From Octopus sinensis (Eukaryota), in contig NC_042999.1 of NCBI RefSeq assembly GCF_006345805.1, forward strand, positions 24,118,001-24,182,000: a stretch of 64,000 bases of DNA. Direction: 5' to 3'. Position numbers and translations under genes: made by a program. Positions 1-41,471 of the stretch are shown piece after piece. A model generated the notes under the pieces. That model was not told where the DNA came from. It did no database searches and saw nothing but the letters and a program-made list of their open reading frames with translations. The stretch's first letter is position 1. Each line of letters begins with the position of its first letter.

Positions 1-24
1 ATAGACAGATAATGTTATACGTAA

Positions 25-187
25 ATTCTGTTGTGTCTGGGGAGAGTCATTTTCTTTTTGTGCCTTATAACATAACGCACTCACCGGTAAAATTTCCACT
101 TTTTTCTTACTTTTATTTTCCTAAAATTTTCGTTGCGTCTTGCAACCTTTTCAATAAGAAAATGACTCTCCCCAGACACAACAGAAT
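25..187. mobile_element. MITE-like fold-back with perfect 32-bp inverted repeats
   Basis: attctgttgtgtctggggagagtcattttctt (25-56) and its exact reverse complement (156-187). Confidence 0.65.
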
Positions 188-638
188 ATGCTTCAACACA
201 CGAAATCATATAAAGAAACTTGCAAACCAAATCCAAAAACGTTATACGTAAAGACATAATAAAACCAAATAACAAATGTGTGTATGTGCGTGCATGCGTA
301 GGCGTGATTGATAGTTAGGATGTAGTGCTCATGATCGTAAGATTGAGGTTTCGATTCCTGGACCAGGCGATGCATTATGTTCTTGAGCAAATCCCTTCAT
401 TTCACATATTTTCAGTCTATTCAGCTGACAAAAATAAGTAATTCCGTAGTACGGAACCGTCCCTCGTCTAGCGAGGAACTAAAATTGCCAGAAAATCCGG
501 GAAACCAGCCATATGAGCCTATAGCTGGTGAAGGACCTTCATCCATTTTGATAGACAGGCAGAGAGCTAGATTACATAGAGAGATTGATGCATCACTTTT
601 GAAAAAGCAAATTTTAGTAACTGTAAATATATAAATAC

Positions 639-28070
<27,432 letters not shown>

Positions 28071-28138
28071 AGTTCGGCTTTGTTGGAGGTCCGGTTGATG
28101 GGTGCCGTCCGCTGCCTGGACCGAATGTCTTCTAACTA

Positions 28139-28148
28139 CTTATATATA
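28139..28148 (-). promoter_or_regulatory. Candidate TATA box of the WSC-VWA-EGF gene
   Basis: TATATATAAG on the minus strand, followed by a short GC-richer putative 5'UTR leading to ATG 28070. TA-rich background lowers specificity. Confidence 0.45.
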
Positions 28149-29082
28149 CCTATGGACATATATACATGAATGCAGGTGTGGGAGAGAGAGAGAGGAGGGA
28201 AGGAAGAGAGATAGACAGAGCGTTGGTGAAACATAATTGGCTAATTTTGTGGGGTGGAGAAGTGAATGTGAGGCGAGTTAAAAACAAATGTATAATGTAC
28301 TTACGTAGGTGCATAGACTTGCGGACAGGCAGGTCGGTTGGTCGGTAGGTAGGTTGGTAGGTAGGTAGGCATAGGTTGGTAAGATGGAAGGAAGGAGAAA
28401 AGGAAGTAAGTAAGGAAGGAAGATGGGTAGGTAAGGTGGGTAGGTATAGTGGAGTTGAGATTTTAGTGTTGTGGGCGGTTGAAGAATATTTATCCTTGGA
28501 CAAAGGACAAAGGTGGAAGACAGAGGCTGAAAAAGGCACTGAAATTGTATGGAAGATGATTTTGGTGGGTGATGGTAAGAGTAAGGAGATGAAATACATG
28601 TATTTGTGTGTGAGGGTGTTCGAAGTTCTCTGTGTTCGTGCGAGTCTTTGCATCTGTATGTAGGAAGATTTACATAGTGATGAGTAGAAAAGTATACATA
28701 CGGCGAGCTGGTAGAAACGTTAGCACGCGGGGCGAAATGCTTAGAGCATTCCGTCTGCCGTTACGTTCTGAGTTCAAATTCCGCTAAGGTCGACTTTGCC
28801 TTTCATCCTTTCGGAATCGATAAAATCGACTGGGGTCGATGTAATCAACTTAATCCCTTTGTCTGTCCTTGTTTGTCCCCTCTATTGTGGGCAATAAAGA
28901 AATAAGAAAGGTATACATTTGTAAAATAAAATGTCTTAGTGGGGTAAGAAGCTTGTTTCTAAACCACATGATTTCGGGTTCAATCCCATTGCCTGGCACA
29001 GTGGGTGTCTTCCACTATAGTCTCGGGCCGACCAAAGCCTTGTGAATGAATTTTGTAGAAGGAAACTGAAAGAAGCCCGTCG

Positions 29083-29117
<35 letters not shown>

Positions 29118-29361
29118 GTGGAGGTGCAATGGCCCAGTGGTTAGGGCAGCGAACTCGCGGTCGTAGGATTTGCGGTTTCGATTCCCAGACCGGGCGTTGT
29201 GAGTGTACTCTTTCGCCACAACTTTCTCTCACTCTTTCTTCTGTTGGCCTGCTCGCTTAGCCAGCGGGGTGGCGTCATTTGAAGGCTAAAACAATGCGAA
29301 GCGCATTGTGACCAGCGTTGTGTAACAACACCTGATAGCCTGGTCGGTCACGGTGATCACG

Positions 29362-29399
<38 letters not shown>

Positions 29400-30156
29400 C
29401 ACATGTGTGTGTGTCTTTGTACCAGTGTTTGACTCGCTTCACTGCATGACAACCGGTCTTGGCTTGTTTACGTCGCCGTTACTAAAATTCTTCAAGGCAG
29501 TGCCCCAGTATGGCAACAGTCTTATAGCAGAAACAAGTACATGACAAAGTACACAGGTAAAAGAATGTGTGTGAGTTTGGATGTATGTACATATGTAAAT
29601 ACATGTATCACAGATTCCTTCATCTGAAATTGTACGAATGGACGACAGGCAGAACAGACATACGTGGACGGGTAGAATGATTGTATGTTGGACCCCCGTT
29701 TTGCCTGTTTTTTTTTTCCTACAAAAATAAGTTTAAAAAATAAGTTAACCCCAAAATTGATCGTAGTATTATCGAAAAAAAAACAAATTTCAAAAATCAA
29801 TATATCGATATACATTAAATACCGTATTTACTTTTGACTCCCAGCAGATGACGAAACTGGGGTTACATCAGTGTGTACGTAGTTCAAATTACATAAGCGT
29901 AACTCTGTTCATACACATATGAGCACGCACGCACATACACATACTAACATGTAAGCATGTATACACACGCGCGCACAGATACGCACAAACACATGCATAC
30001 GTATATGTACACACAGTGATAGACACGCATGTGTGTATGTATGTATGTAAGTATACAGATGTATATGTATATGCACCACACACATACACACACTTACTCG
30101 CAGACACGCTCACACGCACACACATACAAATATGCATATTTATGTATTTATAATGC

Positions 30157-30187
<31 letters not shown>

Positions 30188-30406
30188 CGTGTGTGTGTGT
30201 GTGTGTGTTTGTATACATCTATATATACATATATATTTATATTTGCAAATATGTATTTACAGACACACATATATACAAAAATATGCGCAAAAATATACAC
30301 ACACATATACGCAAACATATACACACATACACACACAGATATATAAATATACGTATATGCATAGAGATATACATACATACATACATACATATATATGTAT
30401 ATATAC

Positions 30407-30448
<42 letters not shown>

Positions 30449-31500
30449 ATATATATACCACACACACACACACACATGCATATACATGTACACGCGCATA
30501 CATAACTGTATACCTGAACATACAAACACACATGCGCGGTGATATCGGAAGTTCATGCTCCAAGCTGTTTAATTTTGCCGTGAAAATTGATTTTAATATT
30601 TTCTACAAACAGGATCAACGAAAAACTGAATAGCTAAGTGTGTACCCTAAACCGACTGTTGTAGCCGGATTATGAAGATATAGAATGTGTGTTTACATAG
30701 GAATAATTCATTTACATAATGAAAATCTCAATACAAATAAAAATAAGTAAAGATTTAAACAAAATCTATAAACCCTGATCGGTCTTCTCCAGAAAAGGTT
30801 AAACATGGTTGCTATATTTCATGTAATGGAATTCATGGAATGGTACATTTAATACTTTTTTTTAAATGGTACATTTAATACTTTTTAAATGGTACATTTT
30901 TAATACTTTTTTTTAAAATGGTACATTTAATACATTTAATATATTTTACTCTCATTTTTTACATGTTTCAATCATTTGACTGCGACCATGCTGAAGCAAA
31001 GCCTTGAAGTATTTTAATCTAAAAATATCGAACCCATTACAAGTACTTATATTTTTAACGCCTGATACTTGTTTTATCGGCGTGCTGTGCCGAACCGCTA
31101 CGTTATGGTGATATAAACGAAGCAACGCCGGCTGTTAAGTGGTGGGGAGAACACACGCGCGCACACACACACACGCACACACACAAACACAAGCATTCGT
31201 GTTACAAGAATCTTGATGTGAAACCGTGTGTTGAAACAGATATATATAGAAGGACAGAATGGACTAAACGTAGCAGGGGGACACACGTGATCGGAAAGGG
31301 TCACTGAAGATGTCACAGATGTGTGATAAAAGACTTCCGGACAATGGACATGAGTCAAGATAAGAACAATAATGAACGAGTGGAGAACGAATATATAGTG
31401 CGCGTGTTTATTTGGCAAGGAAAAAAAAATGACCATCCCGAAAAACATCAATATTTGTTTCAACACACGATTTCACATCAGGAATCTTGCAAAATAAATT

Positions 31501-31531
<31 letters not shown>

Positions 31532-31580
31532 CGTGTGTATATTTGGTTGGACAAAAAAATGACCATTCCGAAACATATCA

Positions 31581-31652
<72 letters not shown>

Positions 31653-31881
31653 AATAAGAAAATGGAGGGTATCAATAGTTGGTTCATCAACTTTTAGACA
31701 TCATATGTCAATTTATTTATTTATTTACTAAAATGACAATTACAAGAATATACATATATGTATAACATATTATGCTTTACATATAAAATATATAAAGATA
31801 TCAGTAATTATTAAAATATATAACATATATGGATAGATATCCCTTAGTTGGTTAGATTCACAACCTGTAACTTTCTTGGAA

Positions 31882-31922
<41 letters not shown>

Positions 31923-33119
31923 CCGATCGGCTTCATTCAGTTTCCATCAACCAAAAACCCAATCATATGGGGATAGTTAGTGCTTAGAACCTCTTTGGGT
32001 CATAATCCAGCCATGATCTTTCGAGCCAATGACGTCTCTCGTAGTTCGAACGAAGATAAAATATTTATACAAGTTTAGGTGAAGGATATTCCAGCCGTGA
32101 AGGGTTTTATCACGTCCGATCACAATCGGATGTGTTAAACATGACTAAACTCGAATAAAATTAGAAACGTGTATGCGTTGAGGAAAAGACAATGCTTAAT
32201 TAACGACTATTTTTCCTCATAAGATCATGTTTACATCTTTTACACTTACCCAAATAACGAAGAGAGAATCACTAAATAGAATTATTTTATCGTAGACGAT
32301 AGGTATGAAGGTTTAACCTCGTAAAAGTAAATCAATTCTATAAGATTAATTATAGATGGGATCTGCATGAAAAAACAATAGCTAAATTAGTGTTCACATA
32401 TTTAATACAAGGATCATTAAAGAGCTAAATATGAATAATTATGCTATGAAGAAAAGACAATTAATCAGAGGTTATTATTTTAATCACATCGATAAATGCG
32501 AGAGAAAATGATGGCATGTTTCGGTTATCATATTAACTACTATATTTCATCCACATGAAAAACAATAAATAATTAAGTCAAGTGTGCATATTTTTAATGT
32601 ATGAAGCATTAACTACAAAACTGAAAATGCTTATGCGGTAAGGAAAATATAACTTTAACGGAACGACTGATAATATTTTTCTCAAAATTTTTCTTCTTTC
32701 TAAAACGTTAGTTTCCAACTGCAGTTTGGAGACCTTTTGACAAATTCGACAAGCTATTTTATATTGATTCTTAGAAAGAATTATTTTTTTTACTTTGGAC
32801 ATAAAATCTCTCCATATCATATTTCATCCAACTTATAAAGAATTTTTATGTAGTTGAAACGAAAGTATACCATTAATAGGCCAGCATTAAACTTCCTGCT
32901 TGTAGTCGTATGAGAGTTCTGCTATAAACTTTTTAAACCTTTGCATTTAATTGCTTGTAGATCGTCAATATGATTTGAGTAATTTTTAAGCTTTAAACTA
33001 CGAGAGTAAATTTCATATAGAAATTATCACAAATTATTTTATCGATAAAATTTACTTTGGTTTGAGACATTTTAGAAGATGAAGAGAGAGTGAAATATGA
33101 TTGTATGTGTGACTATGTA

Positions 33120-33173
<54 letters not shown>

Positions 33174-33414
33174 TGTGTATGTGTGTGTAGGCACGCCATA
33201 AATTCATTATTTTGGTAATCCGGCAAGCTTTCCTTCCAAAGTCTTTTACTTGCGACATATGGTGCTACAATACCTTCATTCATCCTTAATACCCGCAAGA
33301 GATGACATTCGCATAGACCTAGAAAGACAAAATAGAACCATTAGAAACTGGACACAAGAACAATAATAGCAACAATATTTTCAAATACTCAGTGGGATGC
33401 GGAATTAAAAGAAA

Positions 33415-33875
33415 GCAGGAGTGGCTGTGTGGTAAGTATTTTGCTTACCAATCACATGGTTATGGGTTCATTCCCACCGCGTGGCACCTTGGTCAAGTGT
33501 CTTCTGCTATAGCCTCGAGCCGACCAAAGCCTTGTGAGTGGATTTGGTAGACGGAAACTGAAAGAAGCTCGCCGTATATATGTATGATTGATTGATTGAT
33601 TCTAGTTTCAGCTTATGAGCTGTGGCCATGCTATATATGTATGTGTGTGTATATGTTTGTGTGTCTGTGTTTGTCCCCCACCCAACATCGCTTGACAACC
33701 GATGCTGGTGTGTTTGCATCCCCATAACTTAGCGGTTCGGCAAAAGACACCAATTGAATAAGAACTAGACTTACAAAGAATAAGTCCTGGGGTCGATTTG
33801 CTAGACTATAAAGGCGGTGATCCAGCATGGCCGCAGTCAAATGACTGAAGCAAGTAAAAAGTAAAAGAGTAAAAG
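33415..33875 (+). mobile_element. SINE family A copy
   Basis: Matches the family A head, body and tail. Confidence 0.85.
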
Positions 33876-35795
33876 CAGAAAAAACTTCTTACAAAAACAG
33901 CTAAACGACATTAACATTGGCTTCCAATTTTGGCACAAAGCCAGCAATTATAGGGGAGGGTTACGTCGATAACAACGACCCCAGTGGACCCGACTGGTAC
34001 TTATTTTATCGATCTCCGAAAAGATGAAGAGCAAAGTCGACCAGGGCGGAATTTGAATTCAGAACGTAAGGACGGACGAAACGACGCTAAGCAATTTTTC
34101 CGGCGTGCTAACGCTTCTGCCAGCTCACCGCCTTAAAGTACATGAATATTGGTAAGATCCTTTTGAGAAACAGCTACACATCAGCTTCCCAGACAACTCA
34201 GAAATGTTAGAAATCTCGGATCCTTTACTTATGAAGTATGATGAGGAAATATCAAAACAAATATAAAAAATAACTTGAATCAAATTTAGAATACCATAGT
34301 GCAGAAGTACTAAATGAAAAACGCGAACACGTGGTTAATATATTACACGTTAGAAGGCAGTGAGCTGGCAGAATCGTTAGCACATCCGGCGAAATACTTT
34401 GTGGTATTTCGTCTGCCGTTACGTTCTGACTTCAAATTCCGCCGAGGTCGACTTTGCCTTTAATCCTTTTGGGGTCGATAAATTAAGTACCAGTTACGCA
34501 CTGGGGTCGATATAATCGACTTAATCCGTTTGTCTGTCCTTGTTTGTTCTCTCTGTGTTTAGCCCCTTTGTGGTTTGTAAAGAAATAGGCATTTCGTCTG
34601 CTGCTACGTTCTGAGCTCAAATTCCACCGAGGTCGACTTTGGCTTTCATCGTTTCGAGGTCGATAAATTAAGTACCATTTGCATACTGGGGTCGATCAAA
34701 TCGACTACCCCCCTCCAAAGATTTCGAGCATTGTGCTAAAGTAGAAAAGAATTGGCTGAATCCCTAGCAAAAAGTAGTAGCAGCATTACGCCCTTCTTTA
34801 CGTTCTGAGTTCAAATCCAGCCGAGGTTGCCTTTGCCATTCATCCCTTCGGTGTCGATGTAAACGACTTGCTCTTTCCCCCAAAACTTGCTTGTCTTGAA
34901 CACTGCAACAGACCGGCGTCTTCTTCAATAAGAATATTATGTACCCAGACGCTTGTTTATGCGGTGGAAACCAGTAACAGGCGTTATGCGTTCTACGGTT
35001 CAAAAAAGAAACAAACATTTTCGTATTTCATGCTGTTTACTGTCTTGTGACGTCCTGTACCTATATTTGCAGATATATATGTATATATTATTTATAATAA
35101 TATTTGATTGAACGCCACGAATCAATTTCCAAGTAAGTTTATCTTAATTTGTTTGATGCGACTCTACCTTATACTGTTTTCTGCCCCTATCGTTTTCTAT
35201 CTCATCCTTTCTCTAATTCCTTTTTGTCTTCCCTTCACCGTTTTCTATCTGTCACTCTTTCTCTCCGTCTTTTTCCTTTACTCTGTCTCGTTGCTCGCAC
35301 GTAACCATCGACCTTCTTTCTTTTCCTCATGAGATCATCTTTCGTTTCTTTCAGGGCTGTCCTAGAGGCTGGACGTGTCCTAGCTATCTGTCTCATCTAT
35401 CTTTTCTCTTGTCAAAGAAAATATTTCTCTAGCGTTCGCTATTTTACCCTCGTTCTGGTCTAACGACCCTCCATGTTATCGTTCGCTTTCCTTGTATGTC
35501 CCAACTGTCCTGTTTTCGTTCCTAACTTTGACCCTCCATAAAATACCAATTTTATTCTGGTATTTGTGGGGCCAACTGCATTGGAAGCCTCATATTGACG
35601 TTCAATGTTCGAAATGAGGAGCAGATAGGCAGCCAAAAACTGATGAAGGGTCGTTCTTTATGTTACTTGCCCTGTTTTCCATTTGTTTCTCTCGTTGTTT
35701 GCGTATTGAACTCAATTGTTTTTGTATTTCATGTTGTTTACTGTTGTAACATCCTGTACCCATATATGCATATATATATGCATATATATTATTTA

Positions 35796-35841
<46 letters not shown>

Positions 35842-35992
35842 TTATTATTATTATTATTATTTTATATATATGTACATGTATATATGCGCAGGCGTGGTGA
35901 TAAGAAGTTTCTACTATAGCCTCGTATCAATCAAAGCGTTTGTGGGTGTTTTGAAGACAGAAACTGAGCGAAGCCTGTCCTATATATATATA

Positions 35993-36076
<84 letters not shown>

Positions 36077-36189
36077 GTATGTATATATATATATATATAT
36101 ATATACATATATATACATATATATATATATATATGTATGTAATATATATATATATATATATTATATAATATACATATCATACATATTAT

Positions 36190-36220
<31 letters not shown>

Positions 36221-36756
36221 CTATATATAATATATATATATCTAATATAATATATATATATAATATATATATATATATGTATGTTGTGTATGTGTGTGTG
36301 TGTGTATGTATATTGTAAATAAAGTATTTCACCTGTCTAGGAGGCATGATGTCAACATTTTATGATGCCGAGTTATAATGAGTTGACACTAATATCTTCA
36401 GGTGCCTCCAGTGTCATCCTAAACATTTGATATCCAGAAATCCTGAGCAACAAAAACCTCCGTGATAAAGCCAAGCACAAACGTAGTAATCAAAAAATAA
36501 CGAGACGGATGTGGAGTTGGCTAAGTCATACATGAAGAAAGAAAGGAGATTGGAGGCGTAGGCCTTGGTGCAAACCCACAGATAGTAACGGAAGACAGGA
36601 AATTGGCCGTAGAAGAACTAAAGATTTCAGAGATAATATGGAATCAAGGAAGATAGATGGGCACAGAAAAGTATGTATTAGAACATTGCTGTCGAGAGCC
36701 TGCATTTCATCTGATATCAATGAAGATGATATGGATGAGTGTGAGAGTGTGTGATT

Positions 36757-36993
36757 CTCTTTTACTCTTTTACTCTTTTACTCTTTTACTTGTTATAATC
36801 ATTTGACTGTGGCCATGGTGGAGCACCGCCTTTACTCGAACAAATCGACCCCAGGACTTATTCTTTGTAAGCCTAGTGCTTATTCTATCGGTCTCTTTTG
36901 CCGAACCGCTAAGTTACCGGGACGTAAACACACCAACATCGGTTGTCAACGATGTTGGGGGGACAAAAACAGACACACAAACGGATACACACA

Positions 36994-37029
<36 letters not shown>

Positions 37030-37479
37030 ACACACACACACACACACACACCACACACACATATATATATATATTATATATATAATAGATATATATATAT
37101 GAATCGATCAAGAAAACCAAGAGAAAACAACGACGCGAGGACGTGGAACAAGTATAGTGTTATTGGACGCTCAGGAAAGGAAAGAAAGTAGGAGGATTTA
37201 ACGTTTCGAACGGAACTCTTCGTCAGAAACATAGGAAAAGGAAAGATCCAAGGAAGGGAAGACGGAGGAAAAAAATCGCCAACGATACACACGCAGTCTC
37301 ATACATACATATATACGACGGGCTTCTTTCAGTTTCCGTCTACCAAATCCACTCACAAGGCTTTGGTCGGTCCGAGGCTATAGTAGAAGACATTTGCCCA
37401 AAGGTGCCACGCAGTGGGACTAAACCCGGAACCATGTGGCTGGTAAGCAAGCTACTTACCACACAGCTACTCCTACGCC
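36757..37479 (-). mobile_element. SINE family A copy carrying a nested about 200-bp insert (37100-37300)
   Basis: Family A halves are separated by microsatellite plus a foreign insert containing a hammerhead-like core. Confidence 0.85.
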
Positions 37480-37824
37480 ATGTATTTGCGCGCACGTGTG
37501 TGTTGATATGTTACTATATATGCATTTTATTAAAATTATTGTTAAACAAAGAGTATATTTAAGATAAACTGTTAAACTGGAAACGAAAAAGAAATATATA
37601 AAAAATTTCAGGTGAAAATCAATATATGTTCATTGTAACTACGTGTTTAAAACCAAGAGAAACAAACAAGTCAATATTGCAGACGTTTTGTTTGTAACAG
37701 ATGTAATAATATTGAACCGATGTTAAGCTGCGAATCTTCAATAATTTGCAATTGTTTCAGTTTATTAAATTCCCAAACAACATGTTTTCTTAATAAATCA
37801 TTTCCGGATTGTTAAGTCGAGAAC

Positions 37825-38240
37825 AACTACAACGACGACGACAACGAAGAAGAAGAGAAGAAGAAGAAGAAAAGAAGAAGAAGAAGAAGAAGAAGAAGAA
37901 GAAGAAGAAGAAGAACAAGAACAAGAAGAACAAGAGAAGAAGGAAGAAGAAGAAGAAGAAGAAGAAGAAGGACAAGAAAAGAAGAGAAGAAGAAGAGAAG
38001 GAGGAGGAGGAGGGATGAAGGAGGAGAAGAAGAAGCAGAGGAAGAAGAATAAGAAGAGAGAGAAGAAGAGAAGGAAAAGAAGAAGAGGAGAAGAAGAGAA
38101 GAAGAAAAGAAGAAGAAGAAGAAGAAGAAGAAGAAGAAGAAGAAGAAGAACAACAACAACAACAACAACGACAACGAAAACAACCAGAACAAGAACAAAA
38201 CCAACAACAACACCAGCAAACACAACAGCAACGACAGCAA
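37825..38240 (+). repeat. (GAA)n/(CAA)n low-complexity purine-rich tract
   Basis: Seen directly in the sequence. Confidence 0.95.
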
Positions 38241-38609
38241 AAGTAATGTTAATAATCGTTTCACCTTTAAGCACAAGACCTGAAATTTATGAGGAGGGGA
38301 CTTGTCGATTACAACTAGAACTTAAGTCATCGACACCGAAAGGATGAAAACTATCGTCGACCTCGGCGGAATTTCAATTCAAAACTTAAAGATGGACGAA
38401 ATGCTGCTAAGCTTTTTTGTCCGTCGTACTAACGATTCTGCCAGCTCGCTGCTTTAATGATGATAACCTTGAACTTGCGTTTCCTTCTTGAATCATTCTG
38501 TGTTTCAGGGAGATCTAGCTACCGTTTCCACCCAGTCGAGAAACCAAGTCGAATGTCCCCTGTTTTTGTCGTTTCTACCTCCAAGATAGTCCTGATAGAG
38601 CGTATATTA

Positions 38610-39253
38610 TTGGGTTATCCGGAAAGTTCGTGCCGATTTTTAAAGGAAAGAAAGAGGTCAATAAATACTTGCCATTACATTTTCAATCAACCAAATATGA
38701 ACCATTTTGTTGCACAATGCGTCTCCATCTTTTCTTTAACCTGAAAATACCCACTTCCCGGAATTGAGATGGTTTCATGGCAAAGAATTCATCAAGGTAT
38801 CTTTTTACGTCATCCAAGGAATTGAAATTTTTACCATTAAGACTATTTTGCAGAGATCTGAATAAGTGGAAATCCGAAGGAGCAATATCTGGTGAATATG
38901 GAGGGTGGGGTAACACACCCCAGCCGAGCTGCAGCAATTTTTGTCTGGTTCCCAAAGCATCAAGTGCCGAAAATGGACTTTTTTATCTTCTATTTTAAAG
39001 GGTTACAGAATTAACACAGGTTATAGGAACATAAACCTTCTTCGAAGAAAAGATAGCTTAAAATGTGCTCTAAATGGAGGTGTAGTTAAATCCTATTTTA
39101 TGGAGTCAACCATGTTCTAAAATAAGTCGAAAGCTAAAGGGGAAGAACAGAGCTGAAAAACAAAAATCAAAAACAAAATTAAAACGCTACGATGAAAATA
39201 TTAATTCAAATAACATGGAAAAAAAAAACGAACGAATTTATCTGACAACCCAA
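38610..39253 (-). mobile_element. Internally deleted mariner (DD34D type) with TIRs and TA TSD
   Basis: TA-ttgggttatccggaaagttcg ... tctgacaacccaa-TA; encodes WGVLPHPPYSPDIAPSDFHLFRSL. Confidence 0.9.
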
Positions 39254-40705
39254 TATTTAATTTTACAGCCGAGTACTGATACAACTTATCCGACCAGCTT
39301 CCACACAATTTCTGCCCTTACAAGTTTACTAACAAGCTTCGCGTCTACAAGGAAGCATGATAAATGGTATATTACATACTAAACAACATAAATTCGTTAT
39401 TTATTAACATCATCTTCTAAATTTGAGGATGTATCATAATTACAAAATGGTAATGAGGACCAGCTTCATTATGAGAAAGGGACATAATTTCGAGAGTCAA
39501 GTATCCTCCAAAAATTAACATACTTTTATGTATACATATAAAGGGAGAGTTTAGGAAAAAAACAGCAGACGAAGATAGGTGGTGTACAAAACAAACAGAT
39601 GTATTAGTATAACACTCAGTAATAGAAAAAGTCTTTTACGTTTCGAGCCTACGCTCTTTTACAGAAAGGGACACAGAAAAAACGAGAGAAACAAGGAGAG
39701 AAAAAAAATGTGTGTAGTGGCTATGTGTGCGTGTGCATGTGAGTATAATGTATGTATGTATGTATGTATGTATGTATGTATGTATGTATGTATGTATGTA
39801 TGTATGTATGTATGTATGTATGTATGTATGTATGTATGTATGTATGTATGTATGTACGCATGTATGTACGTAAAGGTCTGTGCTACATCACTTTGGGACT
39901 ATTGGTAACATATGCAGTCTATTAGACCGCCAATAATGAAATTGGCAAATACACCAGACCATTCAGGTGATGATAGCCGCTACAAACCCAATTGCCCACC
40001 CATCAAGGGGTGGGGTGGGGATTCATCAAAAGAATAGACGAACCCAACATGGGATCAATAGTGAGCTGGACGAAATGCCGTTACGTTCTGAGTTCAAATT
40101 CCGCCGAGGTCAACTTTGCCTTTCATACTTCCGGGGTCGATTAAATAAGTACCAGTTACGCACGGGGGTCGATCTAATCGACTTAATTCGTTTGTCTGCC
40201 CTTGTTTGTCCTCTCTGTGTTTAGCCCCTTGTAGGTAGTAAAGAAATAGGTATTTCGTCTGTCGTTACGTTCTGAGTTCAAATTCCGCTGAGGTTGACTT
40301 AGCCTTTCATCCTTTCGAGGTCGATAAATTAAATACCAGTTGCGTACTGGGGTCGATCTAATCGACTGGCCCCCTCCTCACAAATTTCGGGCCTTGTGCC
40401 TAGAGTAGAAAAGAATAATGCGAGAAAACGGACATATTCGGGAAGGTGTTTGAGGGCGCTGTAAGACCATTTTAAGAGTGTGAAATGCCTGGTTGTTGCA
40501 AGAGCTGTATATGAGTAAGGAACGCCTAGTTTCTGATCGTTGCACCTAATGTTGAGCCACTGACAGGAAAGAAGTTTTATTTGGAAAGAGAGAGTAGTTC
40601 TATATGCACTTTACTTCACATACATATTTCACATACAAGAAATTCTTAGAACCAATTACTGGCAACGTACACTTCAGTTGCTATTCTATATATATAAGTA
40701 TATAG

Positions 40706-40736
<31 letters not shown>

Positions 40737-40782
40737 TGTATGTATGTATGTATGTATGTATGTATGTATGTATGTACGTATA

Positions 40783-41225
40783 GGCGTTGGAGTGGCTGTG
40801 TGGTAGGTAGCTTGCTTACCAACCATATAGTTCCAGTTTCAGTCACATGCGTGGCACCTTGGGCAAGTGTCTTCTACTGTATACTCGGGCCGACCAAAGC
40901 CTTGTGAGTGGATTTGGTAGACGGAAACTGAAAGAAGTCCGTCGTATGTATGTATATATATATATTATATATTATGTATATATGCATATATGTGGGTGTG
41001 TGTGTGTATGTATGTTTGCGTGTCTGTGTTTGTCCCCCCAACATCGCTTGACAACCGATGCTTGTGTGTTTACGTCCCCGTAACTTAGCGTTTCGGCAAA
41101 AGGGACGATAGAATAAGGACTAGGCTTACGAAGAATAAGTCCTGGGGTCGATTTGCTCGACTAAAGTCGGTGCTCCAGCATGTCCACAGTCAAATGTCTG
41201 AAACAAGTAAAAAAGAAACAAGAGT
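40783..41225 (+). mobile_element. SINE family A copy
   Basis: Matches the family A head, body and tail. Confidence 0.85.
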
Positions 41226-41411
41226 ATGTATGTATGTATGTACGTATGTATCTATGTATGTATGTATGTATGTAGATACGCATAGAGATAAAGAGTTATG
41301 TTAAGCCGGCTTCCAAGAGGACATTAGCGATACCCAATTAATGCTAAGATTATGTTACATATTGATTATTCTAAGAATCCGTGTATCTGTGTGTGTGTGT
41401 GTGTCTTTCTG

Positions 41412-41471
<60 letters not shown>

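Noticed and set aside
31298-31345. Further hammerhead-like fragments (CTGAAGA-tgtcaca..tgtgata here; also near 1430, 2900-3070, 55720 and 58440)
   Set aside because: Each lacks either the GAAA or the CUGANGA half, or has no pairing stems; too degenerate to support.
37790-38347. Poly-K/R/E and poly-F/L/S ORFs
   Set aside because: (GAA)n microsatellite with no splice or domain support.
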